The notes under the pieces were generated by a model that did no database searches, was not told where the DNA came from, and saw nothing but the letters and a program-made list of their open reading frames with translations. This document shows positions 49,483 to 61,984 of a stretch of 64,000 bases of DNA, piece by piece. This DNA is from Stegostoma tigrinum (taxonomy: Eukaryota). Within the stretch, counting starts at the first letter, position 1; each line of letters begins with the position of its first letter. The stretch covers positions 13,312,658 through 13,376,657 of the forward strand of contig NC_081394.1 of the NCBI RefSeq assembly GCF_030684315.1, read 5' to 3'. Position numbers and translations under genes: made by a program.

Positions 49483-50956
49483 CTAAACCTTACCAATGTA
49501 AGTAAATTATTAAAAAGTGCTCTGGACCTTTCTCTTCAATCACAATTTAACCAGGTTGTGCAATATTTTGTAGCTTGTTAGTTTCCACTGTGCTTTCTTT
49601 TTTACCACTTCAACAAAACTCACTGACTTAGTCTATTTTAATACATTTGTTCTCCAAATGCTTTTCTTAAACCAACCATACAGTATCTTCACATGCTCTA
49701 CTTTATTGCAATGAAAATACATAAGTTTTCTCCCCCAGCTTCTGCCGACACACATATTGAAATTGTTGTCGGAAGACAAACTTTGTTCTTTGAATCAAGT
49801 CATAATCATCAGCCATTACCACTTCAAATCTTACAGTGCCAATCAATGCTTTTTGTCCACCCATTCAAATTACTTGGTTTGATCCTTTCAAACTCTCTGT
49901 ACGTTTGAAAAGGCCGTTATCTTTCTAAAGCATTGTTTGTCGGCCTCTGGAACTTGCTCAGTTGCACTTAAGAAGTCAGTTTGCTCGTTAGCATATGCCC
50001 CGGATGTTTCCACTGATATTGTTGCAAATACCTGACTAAATCTACCTACCTATATTGTTTAACAGACATATTCAGATTCTTGCAGGTTACGTTTGGTATT
50101 TGGCTGCTTTAGCAAATGAAATTTAATGTTATTAATGTTTCTCCATCCTTCGTGTCAAATGTAGCTGACATTTGCAGATATTTAAAGAGATCCCCGGCAG
50201 TCCTTTGGCTACTGTGGGATTGCTCTCTATCATTGTCCTAATCAACATTTTTTACCTTTCCCTTCTACCTGCACCACTTTATGTTAAATTCAGTTTTCAG
50301 TTACCACTTCTAAATATTTGCTGCAGTTTATTTACCCTCTCTGAATATACACAGGTAACTCATCTTGATTTGCAATTGTGAAGATTTTGCCTTGCTTAAT
50401 TTCTGTTAAACACTCAAAGTGACTTCTTCCAACACCAGAAAACTCTAAGTGACTGAACGAGTCATCCCGACACAAGGTGCACCCAGTTTAAAACAAACAA
50501 ATACATTATCTGAATAAAAAGAGACGCACCACTTTGAGTCCCATTCTCCTAAATCAAACCTGGAATTTGGCAGTTTGATCGTAGGAAGAGCAATCAATTT
50601 GTTTTGAGCCAGATAAAACCCCAGAAGTGCATCAAGGATACAGGCTCGACACTATTTTTTACTTTACTGACGGTGCTAAAATTCTATTGGCTACACAAAT
50701 CTGTTTCAAGAGAAACAGTTTTTTTTTAAAATTCTTTTATAAAAGACAGATCAACTGTAATAAATGACTTCGGTGGGTCAACTTAGCAAATTATTAGATT
50801 GTGTAAGTATGAAACAACAATTCTTGTAATATCCCATTCACGGTATCCAATTCACATCCCATATCCGATTCACAAAGCAAAATTCAGCAAATCAGAGTGT
50901 CTCACATTTGATCGTGGCAACAGAGGAAACTTCAGCTTTTAATTGTAACAAACAGA

Positions 50957-50978
50957 AAGAGAGAGAGAGAGAGAGAGA
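50957..50978. repeat. (GA)n microsatellite within the LTR
   Basis: AGAGAGAGAGAGAGAGAGAGA. Confidence 0.9.
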
Positions 50979-52589
50979 AAGTGAGGGGGCTGGATTGAGA
51001 GAGACGTTTTAATTTTCACACCTTGTTTCCAAAAGCTACCCAGCAACTACAGAAGGCTAAACTAAAGACATGGCTCTGTGAAAGATCAACACCACCCCTT
51101 CATACTTGCATGCTGATGTATTGTTCTGACATTTAAAAGAAGGCTTCACAAGCAGTTCAGTTTTTAAATCTTGGGAAAGACTTCTAAATCATTCTGTGTC
51201 AGTATCTGTTCATTAAAAGCGAAACAGTATTCCCAATTTCCAAAAAAAAACTTTTGTCACAAATGTATGCGTTGTGTGCCACCAGCCAGGGTATGGTTGG
51301 GAGTCAGCTAGGTTTGTGGGACTGGAAGAAGGTCCATGGCACCGCAGTTTCCGTTAAACATCCTGTCAAGAGCAGTTAAAGTTGATCACTTCTGGGTTCT
51401 CACCATAACAGTGGGAAAGACACAAGAGATGGAAGACTCACAAGAGATGGATGCAACAGTATCTCTGATTCTGACATAACACAAAGGATAAAGTTAAAGG
51501 TACTGCAAAGAAGCCTGCTGAAAACATATCATGGACATAAATAGAAAAAGTGGCGCCAACGAAGGTCCAATGTACTGGAAAAAAATTACAGCTAATGGCT
51601 CACAGTGCCAAATTACTTTTGTGTGGTGAAAAGGTGATGAACATGCATTATTCTAATGCTCCTGATTACAGAAAATGAAGTTAAATTAGAGCGAGTTCAG
51701 TAACTGGTGAGCTCAAAGCAAGTTTTTCAGGCAGGTTGGGACACATGAAAAGAAAAAAAAGAGTCTTCGCGGAAATCTGGGACGAAGTGAAAGGAATTGA
51801 ATTAAAACTTAAGTTGAAGTGGGTGTCGCAGCTAAGATATCTGAAATCGTCTGTACCCCATCCTGCTAAAAGTGGAGGCGCACGTGGACGGCCGGTGAAA
51901 TGTAAAGCCTTGTAATCAGTACGCACTAGTAAATATGCAACTCTAACCATTCCAGACTTAAAACCATTAATGTCGAGGGATTTGCAGTGACTTAAAGATC
52001 GTAATCGATTTTGCTGTGTTCAGATAAACAACTATTCAAATCATTGATTACCCGCTCAGGGTATTGGCTGGGGAAAGGTAATGCTCAAAATGTATGTGTC
52101 ATGTAGGGATGCTACAGGTGACTTTATTTTTACACCAAACGGAACTTGGTCTGTCGTAGAGGACAAGGGATCAAATTTTAAGTAGATTGTGATGTGCCCA
52201 GAGTTGTGTGGACGCTTGTAAGGTTATTCTTCAAGGTAGAGCATTTGTAATATTTTGCAGAAGCCCTGAAAATGTTGCAGTAGATTTTTTTAAAAATGTT
52301 AAAAATGTGAGTATTTTTAACTCTATAGGAGTTGGGCCATGTAACCGAGGTTGTAGGATTATACAAGGCGTGCATTAAAAATAAAGGCTTCCTAAAAGCC
52401 GTTACACTAAAGAATATATGTCAGGTTTGATTGTTCTTGGGACTGGTGAACTACTATTGGAAGTTTGTGTCTGATCTGGCGAAAGCAAAAACATTGGTTG
52501 CTGTCTAAAGGCCAACCGTAAAAATGAACCTAGGAAAATGACAAGGCTTACCAGCTAATATCGCAAACCTTAGAAATCCTCAGAAGTGT

Positions 52590-52762
52590 ATCAGAGATAA
52601 TGGGAACTGCAGATGCTGGAGAATCCGAGATAACAAAGTGTGAAGCTGGATGAACACAGCAGGAAAGCAGCATCTCAGGAGCACAAAAGCATCAGCTTTT
52701 GTTCTCCTGAGATGTTGCTTGGCCTGCTGTGTTCATCCAGCTTCACACTTTGTTACCTTAGG
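52590..52762. mobile_element. Palindromic Penelope-derived element (tail on left, hammerhead core deleted); 10-bp TSD
   Basis: ATCAGAGATAATGGGAACTGCAGATGCTGG tail, arms meeting at AAAAGCATCAGCTTTT; TSD TCAGAAGTGT at 52580-52589 and 52763-52772. Confidence 0.88.
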
Positions 52763-53040
52763 TCAGAAGTGTTGACAGTTTACAATGCAAATATGACACT
52801 GAAATTGGCATGCAAAGCCTACACTCACGGTGCCAGTGTTGTATTGCTACACATCTTGCCTGAAGAAGAGAATAGACCAATTCATTCTCACCACTGTTTC
52901 TAGTGATGACACAGAAGAAGTACGCTGAAACAGGGAAAGATGGGATTTGATATCGTTTCCGGCATTTGCAAAATCATGTTTTTATTATGGCAGGCACCTG
53001 GTGCTTCTGAAAGTTCACAAGCTGCTAATAACATTTTTAT

Positions 53041-53249
53041 AAAATGTGAGGCTGGATGAACACAGCAGGCCAAGCAGCATCTCAGGAGCACAAAAGCTGA
53101 CGTTTCGGGGCTAGACCCTTCATCAGATGAAGGGTCTAGGCCCGAAACGTCAGCTTTTGTGCTCCTGAGATGCTGCTTGGCCTGCTGTGTTCATCCAGCC
53201 TCACATTTTATTATCTTGGAATCTCCAGCATCTGCAGTTCCCATTATCT
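53041..53249. mobile_element. Near-perfect palindromic Penelope-derived hammerhead-like element; 16-bp TSD
   Basis: About 85-bp arms with one visible mismatch, centred on 53125; TSD CTAATAACATTTTTAT at 53025-53040 and 53250-53265. Confidence 0.95.
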
Positions 53250-53689
53250 CTAATAACATTTTTATGTTTTTTTTTGGCCAGAAGATGTTAATAGCATCAA
53301 GTAACTGTTATTGTATTCTAACTGTTTTCAATGGCATTTTCGAGTAGAAATTGCACCCTTCTGACCAAATATATTTTAAAATGGATTCCTTACGCATACA
53401 AAATAACTGAGCTGTAGCTGAGTAAAAAATTAGTCATCATAAAGTTATGTTTTCTTAAAAAAACAATTTTCACTAAGTAAAGCCACTTTTCTCAAATAAC
53501 TTTTATGACCACTTTGCATTGCTGACCTAATATTGGGAGAGATCAGTTGACAAAGTTACCAAAGTCGCTATAATTTTCTGTCCACCACAGCGTCCTCTTG
53601 TTTACCGTTATCCCTTGCCTTGATTGTCCAGCGCCAGGGTAGTATTTCACACAAATCAGCTTGAATTATGTACCCCAATTATTTGCCAA

Positions 53690-54660
53690 TGGAACCATTC
53701 TGTTTCTAAACATTGTTAACCTAATGCAACACTTGACAGTGTTTAGCTTTTCTGTAACGATTTTTGCATCATTTGCAAATTTACAAAAACCTTCCTGCAT
53801 TCAAGCCTGATTCGTCAGCTTTATTTTTTACTGACGATCGGATGCGGATAACACTGGCTAGGCCATCATTTATCAGTACCCCTATATGCTCAGACAGCAG
53901 TTAGGAGTCAACCTCATGTCTGTGAGTCAGGAGACACATGCAGGCCAGACAAGGTAAGGATGGCAATATCGTTCCCGAAAGGACATGAGTGAATTGGGTA
54001 AGTTTCTTTCTTTCTTGCCAATAGTTGACAGATTTATCAACGAAATAAACTTAACTCAAGACTTTAATTGACTTCAAATTCAGCCTTCTGCTGTGGCTGG
54101 TTTCGTACCCTGGGCCCAATACACAGTATGGCTCTCTGCGCTAATAGTCAAGCCATTAACGCTACCAGGCCATGGTGTCCTTTACACTATGTGCAAGAGC
54201 ACAAGCAATGATCCAACACCCGTGAACACCAACTTCCCGTTCACAAATAAAGTCCTCAATCATCCTCTATCATCGACCCATCGCCTTTCCTTGAATGCCA
54301 TGGACTTTTAACTTTGCTATCAGTCTGCAATGCAGCAGTTTATAAAATTATTGGCTGATTTCCAAGTAAACCATCTCCAATGCATTATCTGTATCCGCAC
54401 GCCGAGTCTCACTTTCTGAGAAATCCTCTGAACAAAATCCTTTACCTTTTTGCGTGTATATTAATATTGTTCTTCAGCATGGCCTGCAATACTTTCTTTA
54501 TGTGGGAGTTGGAATGATGATTCTGTGGGCACCTGTGTTATCTTCAAACCTTTTGGTCTTAATCATTTTAACTGACCGATAAAGGGAGAAAAGGAGAACA
54601 CAGGTGTCTTCAGGACGAGCATTCCATCCCCAACAGAGTAGAACATTACTCCCGGCAATG
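53690..54660 (-). mobile_element. Old CR1 RT fragment interrupted by a SINE
   Basis: CATCATTTGCAAATTTAC (KFAND reverse) at ~53768; remnants of the PQG and DF.KAFD regions at 54200-54370. Confidence 0.55.
53830..54180 (-). mobile_element. Deu-domain-like SINE
   Basis: CACTGGCTAGGCCATCATTTATC..CAGGCCAGACAAGGTAAGGATGGCA..AAAGGACATGAGTGAA; homologous to 27572-27912. Confidence 0.8.
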
Positions 54661-54944
54661 CTGAGAAACATAATTTCCCATAATCTGAACATTTGATTTG
54701 GATTGCAATTTTCAACCAGTAAACTTCAACATTGAGCCAAAAACAATATAAACCAGGATTCCACCACTTTGATTCAATTATAAATCACTGAATTGAAAAT
54801 TGTTGGCTGTTTGTTGATATAAACATTACAACCACAAAGAAAATGATGGCATGTCAGAGCTGTAACAATTTGTGGCTTGCTTGAGAGTTTGTTTTAGAAA
54901 GTGCTATCTTCAAAAAAAAGCTAAAGTTATTGGACAGTTAATTA

Positions 54945-56350
54945 GTCCACTACAACCTTGCATTCACTGGAACCATCTCCAATACTCCTCTCTCCTTCCA
55001 AGGCCTCTCTGTTTCCATCTCTGGCAATGACCTGGAAACCGGTATCTATTTCAATTTTACCGACTCGCACAGCTACCTTGAATACATCTCATCTCACCCA
55101 CCTTCCTGCAAGAATGCCATCACCTACTACCAATTCGTTCACTTACGCTACATCTGCTCCCAAGATGAGACATTCCAAACTCAAACATCCCAGATATCCT
55201 CGTTTTTCAAGGACAGCAAATTCCACTCCAGAAGTTTCGAAAATGCCTTCGACCACATCTCACTTGTTTCTCACAATGTATTTCTCACACTCCCTCCCCA
55301 AAAAAGAACACAACAAAAACAGAATCACCCTTTTCCTCACGTACCACCCCACCGACCTTCAGATTCAAGGCATTATTCTCCGCCACTTCTGCCATCTGCA
55401 ATCTGACCCCACTATCAAGGACAGGTTTCCCTCCCCACGCTTACCTGCCTTCCAGAGGAACCACTCTCTGTGGGGCTGTCTTGTCTTTTCCACACTCCCC
55501 ACTAGACCCACCACCCTGACACGTTTTCCTGGAACGGGAGGGAAGCGCTAAACCTGCCCCTACCCCTCCTCCCTCACAACCATATAAGGCCTCATGAAAA
55601 CCTTTCACATTCAACAGATGTTCACCTGCACATCTGCTAACATGGTGTATTGTATTTGCTGTTCTCAATGTGGCCTCCTCTACATCGGCAAAACCAAATG
55701 GAAGCTTGCAGACCACATTGTGGACCACCTACGCTGAGTTCACGACTTTCGACTGCACATCCCAATCATGAAATACTTCAACTCTCTCCCCGACTCCTTG
55801 GACGAGATGTCCATCCTGGGCCTCTTTTAGTGCCACAACGATGCCGCGCGATGGTTGCAGGAACTGCACCTCATATTTCACTTTCGAACCCTGCAGCCCT
55901 ACAGTCTCGAGGTGGACTGCATATGCTTCAAAATCTCCCTGCCCACGCCCCATCCAAAAACCGGCCCAGCTCATCCCCGACTCCTTGACCTGTTCGTTTT
56001 TCTCTCACATATCCGCTTCTCTCACATTACTAACCTACCCCACCCCCATACCATACCTACCAGCCTCATCCCTGCCTCTGTGACCTGTTTGGCTTCGCTA
56101 GACTGACCAAACTACATGTTAACTCTTCAACCACAGCCACATTTACTGGCTCCATTCCCACCTCCTCGACCTGTCCGTCTCCTCTCCACCTATCTGCTGC
56201 TTTATCCGGCTTCCACCTGCCCCCTCACTCTCTCTATTTATTTCAGAATCACCTTCCATTCCCAAATTTGAAGAAGGGTCCAGGTCTAAAACATCAGCTT
56301 TCCTGCTCCTCTGATGCTGTTTGGTCTGCTGTGTTCATCCAGATCTACTC
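54945..56350 (+). mobile_element. Penelope-like element (RT C-terminus + GIY-YIG), decayed
   Basis: FTGTIS...DSHSYLEY.SSHP.SCKNAI; SANMVYCICCSQCGLLYIGKTK (~55634-55698); terminus TGAAGAAGGGTCCAGG..AAACATCAGCTTTCC; homologous to 5170-6522. Confidence 0.92.
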
Positions 56351-59300
56351 TTAACAAACTTTGCAGGGCTGTTTGTTCACCTTCTTAAGAAGTCCCAAAA
56401 ATGTCAGGTCCATTGTAACGCAATTGTTTCCAATACAAATGCTCCCAGACATGAAATTATTCAAACCACATTCTCGAAGATACACGTCCATGTATGTTTT
56501 TGATTTTTCTTTTTGTCTCTGTTGTGACTCCAACGATTATAGAAATCGACTAATTCGCTCGGACTTGTACAGAATTACAGAATTAGCTAATCGTAATAAT
56601 TTGTTAGTGATAGCTTGCAACAGCTGGCCAACATTAAGTTTTTGTTTTATTCTATTTCGTGCGAACATTTCAAATGTATTGCAATACCTGCTTAAAACAA
56701 TATTTTCGGTCAAAACAACTTAGACATTATAAACAAGTAAATTGTTCATAACAAAAGTTTTTTTGTGCAATTCAATAACTCATTTTAAGTAAATCGGTGC
56801 CGATTGTTATTGAAGTTTGTGAAGAAATAATTTGGAATTAAAATGCATGCACAGAAGAGAGGTGTTGCATGATCCACAACACAGAATACTGCACGTTTTG
56901 GACAGTATGGTTATTTCTTGAAGTGTTCCAAATTTTCACAATATGTAACAACACTAGGGCTTGATGGGAAAAGAAGAATGTTTTCAAATTGTGGAATTAA
57001 AAAAATGCAAATACTTATATACTAAAGGTATCCTGTATATTAAACATTATTTTTGCTTCGGTATATAAAGCAACAGAAAACTTCCGTTTAATCATCTCTA
57101 CGTGCATCCAGCATCTACAATGGAAATGTTGTTGCAAAAGGCACCATCTGTATATTCATTTCGAAAAAAACATCGCAACACCAAACTCATAAGCACATTT
57201 CGGATGCTTGAATGCCATAAACGAGGGACAGTCATCAACTTCTTATGACACTTAGCTTCATTTCATTTTCTTTTTTGTTCATTTTTTAAATACATAAGTC
57301 CAAAAAGCAAATTTGAAAACCTGCTGCATGACGACAGAGACTTTCACAATGCAAACAAAGATTCATTTCTGTTCTCACGAGTTACAATACGTAGATTGTT
57401 AACTATTTCCAACTTACCTTCGAACTACTTATTTTGTAGATTCTTTTTGATCACGAGTTGACATGGGCCATTTACACATCTCAAATACAATAGTCAAGAT
57501 GCAATATTTTCTACTTTTGTGTGTTGCTCGATTGAGTAAGTTCACGCTTCTGAATGAGGATGATCACGAGTTCTCCACTGGTACAGGAAGAGGCAGCAGA
57601 TATCAGCAGGAACGACGGTGGGAGGAGATTAAATGACCCAATCTGATACCATATAATCTACCAGAAGTTTGTACATATGGGTTTTAATGACAGACATTTA
57701 AGGAAGTGAGATAGGAAAGAAACAGCTTTTAAAAAAAAACACTCATGTTCTGTGCATAGGCTTGTGGATGTATTTGCGAGTAAGTGCTGACAGTTCAGAA
57801 TTTACCATGCAAATTTATTTCCAAAAGTTACAGGCTTTTAAAAAAAATGTCCTAATACTCTTTGTGGAGAACAATTTGCATTGCATGAGTACAGAAAAGT
57901 GTTTTTTTGGGGAAAATAAAAGAAGTAATTTGAGGAGGCAGTTTAAAATTTACTTAATACCAGATGATGTTGCATTTTGTTGCCAGACATTAAAACAATG
58001 AATAATATCATCCTGGTACGTAAAGTGCATGAATTTAAAATTGCAGGGGCATGTGATACCGAAGTTTCGACGACAGTTTCTTGTTAAATATGCGACTGGA
58101 AATTTAAAGCTCACGTTACTCTGGCAAAAGCAGCAACTTATGCTTATACTGCAAAAAAAGTAATATTATTTTAACAGGTAGGTTTGAGATCATAGCTTAG
58201 AAATAAAGGGTGTGATTTACCTTGTTGGTGATCCACCAACTGATGTTATTTAATTGGCACCAAAATTGCTCATACTCCCCTGAAAAAAGTTCATACTTTA
58301 ACTATTAATGCTCGAGGAAGAATGAAGCAAGTTATCAAACACGTCCCAAATATGTCAACTTTTCTTTCTTGTCATTCCATTTAGTAGAAAACTGAGTTTT
58401 CAAGCACATAGAACAAGACTGTAAACGCTTAAGCCCCTGTATCAAGAACAATAGCAACACAATGAAACAAATATATCAATCCTCCTGCAGTAACTAAAAA
58501 TACAAGCGTCAGAGACAGGCTTGAATTGTATTCTGGTATAATTCCAATGAGTCTGAACATGTTTTCGCATATCTTGAAATGGAATATCCGGACTAACAGC
58601 TACTTGTTTCATTTGGTTAAGCAGCTGAAACGCTCCAAAAGTAGAGAGGACAAGGTCATATCTCTTGGAATTCTTGATGAATCGATTTATATCTAATCTG
58701 GTATATTGAATTTGCTATGCACTACCTCATAATTATGTTGTTTTAGCATTAGAGTGGCAGGTATGTTAAAGGTATGATTTCATATGGAAGAGAACAGGAA
58801 GAATTTTAGCTCAATTTATTACTTGGCAGACAAGATAATTAACTGTCATAGCATATAATACAGTATTTGTTTAAAACAAAACAAAAAAAAAACGTCAGTT
58901 CCATGTTCAGCCATCAAGCTTTTCTTTAGTTTGTAGTGGGTGGAATTCGTTTCAAGTTATATTCCACTTGCCTTTGTTCTTTTCTCTCTCTCTCACTATA
59001 GAGAATGAAAATGAAGTTTACTGAGCTGGTTCAACTATTTCTCAACATCACCATGAAATGTGACCGTTCCTACAAACTAGCCATTGACGTTCAAAGTTTG
59101 AAAGCAAGGTCTCGATAATGCAATTATCCATTCACAATTAATTGAGATTTCCTTGTTTGTGACTTGTTATTTGATTCTAAAATGGCATTTCCGCCTGCAA
59201 AATGTTATTATAACCCTATTGTAATCATGACATCGTAGTATAATACCACTTTGATTGTCAGAATCTTCTTTTCCAGATACATAATTTCACAATTTGATTT

Positions 59301-60739
59301 ATTACACAAATAAATATTTGCAAAGGGAAGACTTATCTTGTGGCAAGGTTAGGTCATATTGGAAGTTAACTGAGTGAACAAAAACAATTTAATGACAGCA
59401 AATATATCCTACCAAAAAGATAAACAAAGTAACAAAAAGTAAATTTACTTGAATGATTGAATGGTTTGATGCATTGCTACAGCCTTGGAATTCATCACTA
59501 GGACTTTGAAAATGCATTTATGGTTTTACTGCTTCAAAGTTAAACATCGTACATTCAGAGGTAATGAACGAGTTAGCAACCATGAGACTGTAATGTTTCT
59601 TCACATTTTTCATGTAGCTGAGTTTTTGCCTCATTTCCCTCACATTGCATGACAGTGGAGTGCTACAACAATCACTATGATCAATAGTGTTCCTTATTTA
59701 TATTTTCACAAAGTATTTGTTTTCGCATTCTTGACTCGAAACAGTGTTTCTCCAAAAAGGACAAAATTTGTAAAGTCAATAGGGGAGGCAAAGATCTTCT
59801 TGTAATAAAACTTGTTTATTGGCTCAGATCCCCAGTCCACAGTTGGATAATATGGTTTAGAATCCCACTGGTGTCTATTTTGAATTTGGGATCCATATGG
59901 TAAAATTTGTCTAATGATGATCATAAGTTAATCGATGCAAACCTATTCCTTTGCAGAAAAGGTACTGGCTCACCCTTGTCTACGTGGGAAAGGTATCTAC
60001 CATACTTTTCCGACTAACATTTGATTATCAACTTGGAGCAATTTGGCTGATTCTTGGCTGTTACCTGGATAATTAGAGGTCTGCCGTATATATGTGGACA
60101 TTTGCCATTAATGACCACATACAGTGACCACATAATGATAAAAAAAAATGTCAAACCATTATGCAAAATGTCTCAGATATTGTGGTTTCGATCTTTCAGT
60201 GCCTGACTGAAATAAAAGTCGCATGTCAAAGTATAAATATATTCACAAAATAAAAAGCATAATCATAATCTTTCAAATTATTTCCTCTTTAATAAAGAAA
60301 ATAAATACATAGAAAACCCTTTATGCTGGGGTTACATTACAAATACAGCGAGATTTTATCATCATGCGTAATCAAATATTGGGCGACAGGGGTGGAGTGA
60401 AAACTGTACAATAGAGCCATTTCCAAATGTCAACAAAGGCACAAAACAGTAAGAGAAACATCTTAGATAACAATTTTAAAAACACTATATTTTTTTAAAA
60501 AGCATAAATATTGGAAATATGTCCAAAAAAAAGTGAAACATCAATGTCTTAAAGTCTGGTTTCCATAAGGTATATAACAATCCATTCCCCCCGCCACCCC
60601 AGTCAACCCTCCTGCTTCTGCTCCAAGTTCAATGTTGCTGCTGCTTCTGCCTGCCACCTCAACTCATTGCTACCACAGCCGCTGTCAATTCAATTAACTC
60701 GCTCCATGTTTTTACGAGCTTCACCTTATACAGTTGCTA

Positions 60740-61250
60740 TATTGGGTATTGAGACAATCCAAGGCTTGGCAGGTATATTTTGTCCTGTATTTTGTTTATG
60801 AAGAATGTCTGGGACAGAGGTGAACAGCAATCTGCTCAAAGCCAATAAAACCAACAACTGGTGAGGCCTATTTTTCTTTAAATTTGGAACATTAGAATAA
60901 GCCCGAATAGGCGGGGTCAGGCTCCCACAGAAACTAGATTTTTAGTTTTGTCTTTCTGCAGTTGAAGCTGAATGTGGGAACTATTATTCCTCCTTCTGTT
61001 GCAGCAACGATCTGGAATTTGACGTGAGAAAGTATATTATACCGAGTTTAATAAATATTACCTTGTCGGTCGTATTATTTCAGTGTGGGGATTGATACCT
61101 AAATTATAGAGAAAATAATTTACTAACTACATTTAAGTGAAATGTGACGTTTCTCCTCCATAATGTGTTAAATTCATGTAGTATCTGTACTTAGACTAAT
61201 TAGTAGCAGAGATTTATTTCTTTGTTGGTAATGTTTGGAATTTTTGTTTA
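60740..61250 (+). mobile_element. Probable solo LTR of the Gmr1-like family
   Basis: GGGGTCAGGCTCCCACAGAAACTAGATTTTTAGTTTTGTCTTTCTGCAGTTG resembles the reverse complement of LTR segment 51040-51100. Confidence 0.5.
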
Positions 61251-61254
61251 TTTC

Positions 61255-61417
61255 TTTACAAGATGAGGGACATCATTCGCTAGGCAGCTTTTTATTGCCC
61301 ATTCCTAACTGCACTGAGTGCAGGACAGATCAACAACATTGCTCTCGGTCCGAGTCACATGTAGGCCAGATCAGGTAAGGATAGCTGCTTCCTAACTGTA
61401 AGAACATGAGTGAACCA
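61255..61417 (-). mobile_element. Deu-domain-like SINE 3' part
   Basis: GGCAGCTTTTTATTGCCCATTCCTAACTGC..GAGTCACATGTAGGCCAGATCAGGTAAGGA..GAGTGAACCAG. Confidence 0.8.
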
Positions 61418-61543
61418 GAGATAGTAGGAACTGCAGATGCTGGAGAAATTGAGATAATAAGGTGTAGAGCTGGATGACCACTGCAGGCCAAGCAGCATCA
61501 GAAGAGCAGGAAGGCTGACACTTCGGGCTTAGACCCTTCTGCA
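61418..61543 (-). mobile_element. Penelope-terminus short element (tail + arm + degenerate hammerhead head)
   Basis: AGATAGTAGGAACTGCAGATGCTGGAG...GGCCAAGCAGCATCAG..GCTGACACTTCGGGCTTAGACCCTTCTGCAG. Confidence 0.88.
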
Positions 61544-61984
61544 GGTCTAACTTTAAATTAAATTTAAATACTTAAAACTATCGAGTTATGAAAACCAGTT
61601 AGTCATTTTCTCCTTGCTTCACTCTGTTATGCTGTTTCTCCCTGATCTGGTAATATGCTTATCTTTTCCACTTACTTTTCTTGCATTAAGCAACACTGTC
61701 TTTGTCCCTTTCGGTTATCTCCGTTTATTTCTGTTTCTTAAATTCTTCACAGCTTTCTATTTTTCGGATTAGAATGATTCTTCTTTTTATTTTCCCTTTT
61801 TTGTGTATGAATACAATTGCTTCTTTTCGTTTCTCCACGTTTACTGCCATCACCAAGAATTTACAGTGTTCCTCTCACTTTGATGTCACTGCAAATTGAT
61901 GTTTACTATCTTCATTTTACAAGACGTAATTACGAAACAGATATAAGCAACCTGTAAATGTCACGTTGCAGCTTGATTAATGCC

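Larger units (their letters stand above)
46319..51261 (-). mobile_element. Gypsy element, Gmr1-type domain order, with two LTR remnants (46319-~46690; 50600-51261)
   Basis: Minus strand order gag (~50400-49600), INT (~48950-47700), RT LCVNYRKINAVT (~47195-47228). LTRs share ATTGGYTACAC and AATCAGAKTGTCTCACAT; possible 4-bp TSD GATG/AATG; PBS-like sequence at ~50578-50597. Confidence 0.85.
45520..53360 (+). mobile_element. Decayed Gypsy (K02A2.6-like) split by a Gmr1-type element
   Basis: gag LSSIGSNA..KKYEE..FAP (~45640-45790). After 51262: RT ICSDLKIV (~51979) and RNase H LKLACKAYTHGASVVLLHILPEEENRPI (ORF 52640..52903). Confidence 0.75.

Noticed and set aside
53041-53210. Hairpin as a miRNA gene
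   Set aside because: The near-perfect stem is explained by a repeat-derived inversion; no recognisable miRNA sequence.
28312-53249. Recurrent palindromic repeats as a CRISPR array or DNA-transposon MITEs
   Set aside because: They are dispersed with no spacer periodicity. Variable 10-16 bp TSDs, an asymmetric tail and identity to Penelope termini indicate a retroelement origin.
59706-59924. 72-aa ORF as a host exon
   Set aside because: No recognisable protein motif or convincing splice context.
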